Below, piece by piece: positions 58,325-64,000 of a stretch of 64,000 nucleotides of DNA. The notes under the pieces are model-generated. The model did not search any database. It was not told the origin of the DNA and saw only the letters and a list, made by a program, of their open reading frames with translations. The first letter of the stretch is position 1. Each line of letters opens with the position of its first letter. Both the position numbers and the translations under genes were made by a program. The stretch is from contig JAKLGA010000011.1 in NCBI GenBank assembly GCA_022710975.1, positions 14,678-78,677 on the forward strand, read 5' to 3'. This DNA comes from Myxococcota bacterium. GTDB lineage: Bacteria; Myxococcota; B64-G9.

Positions 58325-59787
58325 CAGCCGGCCCCCTTGCCCTCCGCGGCGGCCAGATCGCGCGGCTGGATCGGGCCGGGCAGGCGGATCCTGCCCAGGC
58401 GGTCCAGCAGGGGCGCCGTGGCGCCGCGGAAGGCGTCCAGCTCGGCCCTGGGCACCGGCTCGGCCGGCGGGAAGCGCTGCGCCATCGGGCTGACGTTCTT
58501 CCCGTGGAGGGTCATGCCGTAGTGCAGGTGGGGCCCGGTGGACAGGCCGGTGCTGCCGACGGCGGCGATGACCGCCTTCTGCTGGACGCGGGCGCCGGCC
58601 TTGACCTTGATGCTGCTCAGGTGGGCGTACAGGGTCTGGTAGCCGTTGGCGTGGCGCAGCACCACGGTGTTGCCGTAGCCGCCCTTCCGGCCCGCGAACA
58701 GCACGGTGCCGTCGGCCGGGGCCCACACGGGCGTGCCGGTGGGGGCCCCGAAGTCGATCCCGGCGTGCACCCGCGAGTAGCCCAGGATGGGGTGGACGCG
58801 GGTGCCGAAGCCCGAGGTGATGCGGGCGAACTTGAGCGGCGACTTGAGGAACGCCTTGCGCAGGCTGCCGCCCTGCTCGTCGTAGAAGCCGGCCTTGCCG
58901 TCCGCGCTGGTGTAGCGCAGGGCGCGGTGCGCGCCCACGCTCCGGCCGTCGTACTCGGCCGCCAGCACCCGGCCGTAGCCGATGACCTTGCCGTCCAGGC
59001 GCTTGCGCTCGACCAGCAGGCGGACCGTGTCGCCGTTCTGGGTGTCCACGTAGAAGTCGATGTCCCAGGCGAAGATGTCGACCAGCTCGGCGACCAGGGC
59101 GTCCTCCAGCGAGCAGTACAGGCACCGCTCGATGCGCACGCCCACCTCGGCCAGCTCCACCTCCGCGCGCCGCTCCTCGCGCCGCCCCTCCAGCCGTTCG
59201 CCCCGGCGGTCGACCCGGTAGGCCAGCTCGGCCGACTTGCGGTAGACGAAGCGCTGCAGGCCGCCGCCCGGGCAGACCAGCAGCTCGAAGGCGTCGCCCT
59301 CGCGGCAACGGCGGAAGTCGAGGACGTCCCGGAGCGCGTCCACCAGGCGGGTCGTCTGGGGGCCGTCCAGGCCCGCGCGCATCACCGCGACGCCGAAGGT
59401 CTCGCCCCGGCCGATCTGGCCCGCGCGCGGCTCGCACCAGTCGGTGAACGCGCGCTGGCCGGCCACGCCCTCGGCCGCCTCGAGATCGAAGCGCGGGCCG
59501 GAGGTGAGCGCGGCCGTGCGGGCGGGCTGGGCGTGGGCCAGGCGCACGCCCGCCACCCCGCGGATCTCGCCCAGCGCGCTGCGGAACGGGGCCTCGCCTG
59601 GTGGGGAGGCCGCGGCCGGGGCCGCCGCTGGCTCCGGGGCCTGGGGGCGGGGCAGCCCGCGGATGCCGAACAGGTAGATGTTGAGCAGCAGCAGGCCGCC
59701 GACCAGCCAGGGCCAGGGGTTGCGGCCACGCGGACGACCGGGACTGCGGCCTGGGCTGCGGGGAGAACGCTCCATGCCTCTACACAC
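58324..59787 (-). CDS. M23-family (LytM-like) peptidoglycan metalloendopeptidase, membrane anchored
   Basis: 'HAGIDFGAPTGTPV...GNTVVLRH...STGLSTGPHLHY' is the M23 zinc site. The start is GTG at 59787 or ATG at 59775; both lack a clear ribosome-binding site. Confidence 0.8.
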   Translation of the reverse strand: MCRGMERSPRSPGRSPGRPRGRNPWPWLVGGLLLLNIYLFGIRGLPRPQAPEPAAAPAAASPPGEAPFRSALGEIRGVAGVRLAHAQPARTAALTSGPRFDLEAAEGVAGQRAFTDWCEPRAGQIGRGETFGVAVMRAGLDGPQTTRLVDALRDVLDFRRCREGDAFELLVCPGGGLQRFVYRKSAELAYRVDRRGERLEGRREERRAEVELAEVGVRIERCLYCSLEDALVAELVDIFAWDIDFYVDTQNGDTVRLLVERKRLDGKVIGYGRVLAAEYDGRSVGAHRALRYTSADGKAGFYDEQGGSLRKAFLKSPLKFARITSGFGTRVHPILGYSRVHAGIDFGAPTGTPVWAPADGTVLFAGRKGGYGNTVVLRHANGYQTLYAHLSSIKVKAGARVQQKAVIAAVGSTGLSTGPHLHYGMTLHGKNVSPMAQRFPPAEPVPRAELDAFRGATAPLLDRLGRIRLPGPIQPRDLAAAEGKGAG

Positions 59788-59865
59788 CTAGCACGCGCGG
59801 CCGGATCGGTCAAAAAATGCGCTGAGATCCGGACCGTTGCGCGGGTCCGGTCGGCTTCGAATTCC

Positions 59866-59894
59866 TTGATGTGGCCGCTGCACCTTCGTACAAT
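59866..59894 (+). promoter_or_regulatory. sigma-70-type promoter TTGATG-N17-TACAAT, positioning the transcription start on the ATG of the FHA-GGDEF gene
   Basis: The -35 is at 59866-59871 and the -10 TACAAT at 59889-59894. The ATG at 59902 lies 7-8 nt downstream, with no room for a Shine-Dalgarno sequence. Confidence 0.5.
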
Positions 59895-59901
59895 CAGACC
59901 C

Positions 59902-60813
59902 ATGTCGACGCTGGGAGCCAAGGCCGACGGGGCCGGGTTCATGACCGACGACCTCACCCGCAAGTCGGATCTGGCCGAGATCCAGCGCCCGCCCTCCAAG
60001 ACCGAGAGCATCCTGATCGAGATCCACGGCCCCAACCTGGGCAAGAACTACAAGATCACCGAGGACATGATCAGCATCGGCCGGGAGGCCAGCGCCACCA
60101 TCCAGATCGACGAGGAGACCGTCTCGCGCCAGCACTGCAAGCTCGAGCGCATGCGGGGCTCGATCTTCATCGAGGATCTGCGCTCCACCAACGGCACCTA
60201 CGTCAACGACGTCAACATCCGCCGGGAGCGCCTGCGCCACGGCGATCTCATCAAGGTCGGCAGCGTGGTGTTCAAGTTCATCTCGGGCGGCAACATCGAG
60301 GGGCTGTACCACGAAGAGATCTACCGCATGACCATCGTGGACGGCCTGACGCAGGTGCACAACAAGCGCTACCTGCTCGAGTTCCTGGAGCGGGAGATCT
60401 CGCGCGCCATCCGCGTCGGGCGCCCGCTGGCGCTCGTCATGTTCGACCTCGATCACTTCAAGTCGGTCAACGACACCTTCGGGCACCTGGCCGGCGACTT
60501 CGTGCTCAAGGAGATGTGCTCGCTGCTGAAGGCCATGGTGCGGCCCGAGGAGCTCCTGGCGCGCTACGGCGGCGAGGAGTTCGTGGTGGTGCTGCCCGAG
60601 ACCGGGCTCTCGACCGCCACCACCATCGCCGAGAAGGCGCGCCGCACGGTCGAGGCCCACGAGTTCGAGTTCGGCGGCACGCGCATCCCGGTCACCATCT
60701 CGCTGGGTACCGCCGAGCTGTCCCCCATGGCCGCCGATCCGCTCAACTTCATCCGCGCCGCGGACGACATGCTCTACCAGGCCAAGGCCGCCGGGCGGAA
60801 CTGCGTGCGCTGA
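59902..60813 (+). CDS. FHA-domain diguanylate cyclase (GGDEF)
   Basis: The FHA domain is 'ISIGREASATIQIDEETVSRQHCKLE...STNGTYVN'. The GGDEF domain has 'RYGGEEF' and an I-site-like 'RxxD'. Confidence 0.8.
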   Translation: MSTLGAKADGAGFMTDDLTRKSDLAEIQRPPSKTESILIEIHGPNLGKNYKITEDMISIGREASATIQIDEETVSRQHCKLERMRGSIFIEDLRSTNGTYVNDVNIRRERLRHGDLIKVGSVVFKFISGGNIEGLYHEEIYRMTIVDGLTQVHNKRYLLEFLEREISRAIRVGRPLALVMFDLDHFKSVNDTFGHLAGDFVLKEMCSLLKAMVRPEELLARYGGEEFVVVLPETGLSTATTIAEKARRTVEAHEFEFGGTRIPVTISLGTAELSPMAADPLNFIRAADDMLYQAKAAGRNCVR

Positions 60814-60824
60814 CGGCCGGCGGC

Positions 60825-62213
60825 TCAGAGCCCGCCCAGGCAGCAGCGCCCGCCCAGGGTAGGGCGGACGGCCTCGGGCGGGAAGCGCTGCTCCCGATCG
60901 TCGGAGATCGGGCAGCGCAGCACTTCCTCGAGATCGATCCGATCGTCGCCGCCCGGGCTGAGGTCGCAGGGGCGGCAGGCCGCGCCGTTCACGCACAGCT
61001 CGCACAGGTGGTGGTAGCCCCCGACCAGCCTGTGGGTGGGGAGGTCGGCGTCCTCGGTGAGCTGGTCCAGCCACTCCGCCAGGTTGCCACTCATGTCCTG
61101 GGCCCGGGCCAGCGAGGCGCAGCCGGGGTAGTCGCCGCACGCGCTCGGCGCCTGGGGGCCGCCGATGGGGTCGTTGCACACGCGCGTCACGAACATGCCT
61201 CCGTACGGGAACAGCAGGACGCCGTCCCCGGAGCAGGCCGCGCTCCACTCGTCGCCGCGGCACAGCCGCTTGCCCTGGGCCTCGCAGGCGCGCAGGGCCC
61301 GGTACCAGGACAGGTGGCCCGAGGGGACGAGCCCGGCCAGCGAGCAGGCGTGGAGCTGGACGGTGGCCTCGCCCTCGGCCGGGAAGCCCGGCGGGTAGTC
61401 GTCGCTCGCCTCGCCGTAGCGCGCCCCGGCGCAGTCCGCGCGCTCGAACACCGTGCTCTCGTAGGCGTCGATCCACACCCCGGGGCGGCCCGGCACGGGC
61501 ACCATGACCCCGCCCGGCTCGTCCGTGAGGCCGTTGCAGTTGTTGTCCTGCCCGTCGCCGGCCTGGGCGCCGGCCTCGGGCTCGAGCCGGAGCGCGTCCT
61601 CGTCGGTCGCCCCGTCGCAGTCGCTGTCCAAGCGATCGCAGGTGTCGTCGCGGTCCGCGGTGAAGTCCGGGCCGTAGTCGCAGGCGGGGTAGGTGCCCCG
61701 CGCACAGGCCGCGCTCGAGCCCAGGCACAGCCCGAGCTGGAGCGGGCAGGGCTGGGCCGGCGCGTCCTCGTCGGTGGCCCCGTCGCAGTCCTCGTCCCGG
61801 CCGTCGCAGGTGGGGTCGTCCGGGGCGGGCAGGGGCCCGGTGCAGCGCTCGCCCGAGCCGTCCGCGGCGCACGCCCAGACGCCCGCGGGGCAGCCGCCGT
61901 TCTGGCAGGCCGTGCCCAGGCGCGGGAAGTCCTCGTCGCTGAGCCCGTCGCAGTCGTTGTCGAGCCCGTCGCAGGCCTCGACCCCGCCGTGGGTGCGGGT
62001 GCAGCCCTCCACGCAGCGGCCGCGGGCCGGGTCGCAGCGGTAGCCCTGGGCGCACTGGCCGTCCACGGCGCAGTCGTAGGTGCAGGTGCCCACGGCGCAG
62101 TAGCGGCCGGTGGGGCAGTCGGCGTCGAGCGCGCACTCCGCCCCGCCGCCGCCCCCGCACGCGGCGGCCCCGAGCCAGACACCAGCCACCAGGTTCCAGA
62201 TACCCTTCCTCAT
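60825..62213 (-). CDS. lipoprotein with MopE-like putative metal-binding repeats and a C-terminal FGE-sulfatase (SUMF1-like) domain
   Basis: The lipobox is 'WLGAAAC'. Repeats of 'CDG.D.DCDG..DE' are present. The C-terminal 'RLCRGDEW...DMSGNLAEW' is FGE-like. Confidence 0.75.
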   Translation of the reverse strand: MRKGIWNLVAGVWLGAAACGGGGGAECALDADCPTGRYCAVGTCTYDCAVDGQCAQGYRCDPARGRCVEGCTRTHGGVEACDGLDNDCDGLSDEDFPRLGTACQNGGCPAGVWACAADGSGERCTGPLPAPDDPTCDGRDEDCDGATDEDAPAQPCPLQLGLCLGSSAACARGTYPACDYGPDFTADRDDTCDRLDSDCDGATDEDALRLEPEAGAQAGDGQDNNCNGLTDEPGGVMVPVPGRPGVWIDAYESTVFERADCAGARYGEASDDYPPGFPAEGEATVQLHACSLAGLVPSGHLSWYRALRACEAQGKRLCRGDEWSAACSGDGVLLFPYGGMFVTRVCNDPIGGPQAPSACGDYPGCASLARAQDMSGNLAEWLDQLTEDADLPTHRLVGGYHHLCELCVNGAACRPCDLSPGGDDRIDLEEVLRCPISDDREQRFPPEAVRPTLGGRCCLGGL

Positions 62214-62216
62214 GGT
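61289..62216. repeat. direct repeat copy A (about 928 bp, near-identical to 62671..63598)
   Basis: The ORF-track translations 61187..62182 and 62473..63564 are identical over more than 300 residues. Direct reading shows only isolated mismatches. Confidence 0.8.
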
Positions 62217-63595
62217 CCGTCCAGGCAGCAGCGTGCGCCGAGGTAGGCGAAGGCGGTCGCGCGCGGGAAGCTCTCGAAGTAACGGTCGGAGGGGATGCAG
62301 TTGAGGGCCTGCGCCATGTTGCGCTCGTGCGTGCTGCTGGCGGGATCGCAGGCGTCGCAGCCCTCGGCGTAGTCACACAGCTCGCACAGGTAGCTGGCGC
62401 CGCCCAGGTAGGAGCAGTTCGGGTGGAGGGGATCGGGGTCCAGGCTGTCGGTCCACTCGCTCAGGTTGCCGCTCATGTCGTAGGTGCGGCTCGGGGAGGT
62501 GCAGGCCGGGTAGGAGCCGGCGGGGGTGGCGTGGCCGGGCCCGGTGCCCGGATCGTTGCAGAAACCGACGACCGGGCTGTCCCCGTAGGGGTACGGCACG
62601 AGGAGATCCGCGGAGCAGCCCAGGTTCCACTCCATGGCTTCGCACAGCCGCTTGCCCTGGGCCAGGCAAGCGCGCAGGGCCCGGTACCAGGACAGGTGGC
62701 CCGAGGGGACGAGCCCGGCCAGCGAGCAGGCGTGGAGCTGGACGGTGGCCTCGCCCTCGGCCGGGAAGCCCGGCGGGTAGTCGTCGCTCGCCTCGCCGTA
62801 GCGCGCCCCGGCGCAGTCCGCGCGCTCGAACACCGTGCTCTCGTAGGCGTCGATCCACACCCCGGGGCGGCCCGGCACGGGCACCATGACCCCGCCCGGC
62901 TCGTCCGTGAGGCCGTTGCAGTTGTTGTCCTGCCCGTCGCCGGCCTGGGCGCCGGCCTCGGGCTCGAGCCGGAGCGCGTCCTCGTCGGTCGCCCCGTCGC
63001 AGTCGCTGTCCAAGCGATCGCAGGTGTCGTCGCGGTCCGCGGTGAAGTCCGGGCCGTAGTCGCAGGCGGGGTAGGTGCCCCGCGCACAGGCCGCGCTCGA
63101 GCCCAGGCACAGCCCGAGCTGGAGCGGGCAGGGCTGGGCCGGCGCGTCCTCGTCGGTGGCCCCGTCGCAGTCCTCGTCCCGGCCGTCGCAGGTGGGGTCG
63201 TCCGGGGCGGGCAGGGGCCCGGTGCAGCGCTCGCCCGAGCCGTCCGCGGCGCACGCCCAGACGCCCGCGGGGCAGCCGCCGTTCTGGCAGGCCGTGCCCA
63301 GGCGCGGGAAGTCCTCGTCGCTGAGCCCGTCGCAGTCGTTGTCGAGCCCGTCGCAGGCCTCGACCCCGCCGTGGGTGCGGGTGCAGCCCTCCACGCAGCG
63401 GCCGCGGGCCGGGTCGCAGCGGTAGCCCTGGGCGCACTGGCCGTCCACGGCGCAGTCGTAGGTGCAGGTGCCCACGGCGCAGTAGCGGCCGGTGGGGCAG
63501 TCGGCGTCGAGCGCGCACTCCGCCCCGCCGCCGCCCCCGCACGCGGCGGTCCCGAGCCAGACACCAGCCACCAGGTTCCAGATACCCTTCCTCAT
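62210..63595 (-). CDS. lipoprotein paralog (MopE-like repeats plus an FGE-sulfatase domain)
   Basis: The ATG at 63595 overlaps the upstream stop (ATGA). The N-terminal roughly 310 aa are nearly identical to the 60825..62213 product. The C-terminal FGE domain is divergent. Confidence 0.75.
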   Translation of the reverse strand: MRKGIWNLVAGVWLGTAACGGGGGAECALDADCPTGRYCAVGTCTYDCAVDGQCAQGYRCDPARGRCVEGCTRTHGGVEACDGLDNDCDGLSDEDFPRLGTACQNGGCPAGVWACAADGSGERCTGPLPAPDDPTCDGRDEDCDGATDEDAPAQPCPLQLGLCLGSSAACARGTYPACDYGPDFTADRDDTCDRLDSDCDGATDEDALRLEPEAGAQAGDGQDNNCNGLTDEPGGVMVPVPGRPGVWIDAYESTVFERADCAGARYGEASDDYPPGFPAEGEATVQLHACSLAGLVPSGHLSWYRALRACLAQGKRLCEAMEWNLGCSADLLVPYPYGDSPVVGFCNDPGTGPGHATPAGSYPACTSPSRTYDMSGNLSEWTDSLDPDPLHPNCSYLGGASYLCELCDYAEGCDACDPASSTHERNMAQALNCIPSDRYFESFPRATAFAYLGARCCLDGP

Positions 63596-63598
63596 GGC
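62671..63598. repeat. direct repeat copy B (period 1382 bp)
   Basis: See copy A. Confidence 0.8.
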
Positions 63599-64000
63599 CC
63601 ATCCAGGCAGCAGCGCGCGCCGAAGGAGAGGCGCACCGTCTCGCGGGGGTAGGAGTCCAGGCCCAGGACGGTGTTCTCCACGTTGCAGTCGAGCAGCCGG
63701 ATGAGGTACTCGAGATCTCCGGCGTAGCCCGGATCCGCGGTGTAGCAGCTCGCGCCCTCGAAGCAGATGCGGCGGTCGAAGCTCCAGCTCGCCAGGACGC
63801 CCTGCCCGGGGCTCGACACGCTGTCGTCGGACACCCACTCGGCCAGGTTGCCGCTCATGTCGAAGGTGCCGTTGCCCACGGAGCAGGCCGGGTAGGAGCC
63901 CGCGGCCGTTGCGTGCAGGGGGCCGACCACGGGATCGTTGCACTGCCCCTCGGCGAAGTTGAAGCCGTAGGGGAAGTACATGCTCATGCCGTTGGAGCAG
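63592..64000 (-). CDS. FGE-sulfatase-domain protein, C-terminal part (gene continues beyond the window end)
   Basis: 'DMSGNLAEWVSDD...' is FGE-like. The stop overlaps the start of the downstream paralog. Confidence 0.6.
   Translation of the reverse strand, partial: CSNGMSMYFPYGFNFAEGQCNDPVVGPLHATAAGSYPACSVGNGTFDMSGNLAEWVSDDSVSSPGQGVLASWSFDRRICFEGASCYTADPGYAGDLEYLIRLLDCNVENTVLGLDSYPRETVRLSFGARCCLDGP

Overview
The window is high-GC (roughly 70% or more), densely coding bacterial chromosome. It is most consistent with a myxobacterium (Myxococcales), judging from Myxococcus-type cysteine-rich repeat lipoproteins, an AgmX/PglI-type C-terminal domain, MopE-like metal-binding repeats fused to FGE-sulfatase domains, DUF4388 proteins and many PilZ/FHA/GGDEF signalling genes. 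About 50 protein-coding genes are supported; no rRNA, tRNA or CRISPR array was found. Housekeeping and identifiable genes include purL (5' partial) and purQ, a methylmalonyl-CoA mutase catalytic subunit with its epimerase, tatC, a large MCP next to a periplasmic binding protein, an HDAC-family deacetylase, PBP1A, a MalK/UgpC-type sugar ABC importer, an M3 oligoendopeptidase, an M48 peptidase followed by a GldA/F/G-like ABC-2 system and a DUF4340 protein, rpoZ, an M23 peptidase / GH3 NagZ-like / DnaJ-DUF4388 string, and an FHA-GGDEF cyclase. The most unusual content is as follows. (1) A roughly 10 kb minus-strand gene string couples a complete 2-hydroxyacyl-CoA dehydratase-type radical enzyme set (two dehydratase subunits plus a BadF/BcrA-type activase) to an MBOAT/DltD-like O-acyltransferase pair, an M1 peptidase and three lipoproteins, largely by overlapping start/stop codons. 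(2) A MalG-type ABC permease carries a CxxCH cytochrome-c-like insertion in its periplasmic loop, and it lies downstream of a fused binding-protein/permease gene. (3) A MoxR/AAA_5-like ATPase sits next to a catalytically degenerate Fic-domain protein. (4) A textbook sigma-54 promoter drives an 816-aa cysteine-rich lipoprotein with Kazal-type domains. (5) Three tandem FGE-domain lipoproteins include a roughly 0.93 kb near-identical direct repeat suggesting gene conversion. (6) A low-GC, atypical-codon lipoprotein islet lies at 47.9-48.6 kb. (7) A consensus -35/-10 promoter places the transcription start on the ATG of the FHA-GGDEF gene, implying a leaderless mRNA. Many long ORFs in the supplied six-frame track are GC-driven artefacts antisense to, or out of frame with, the real genes and were not called.
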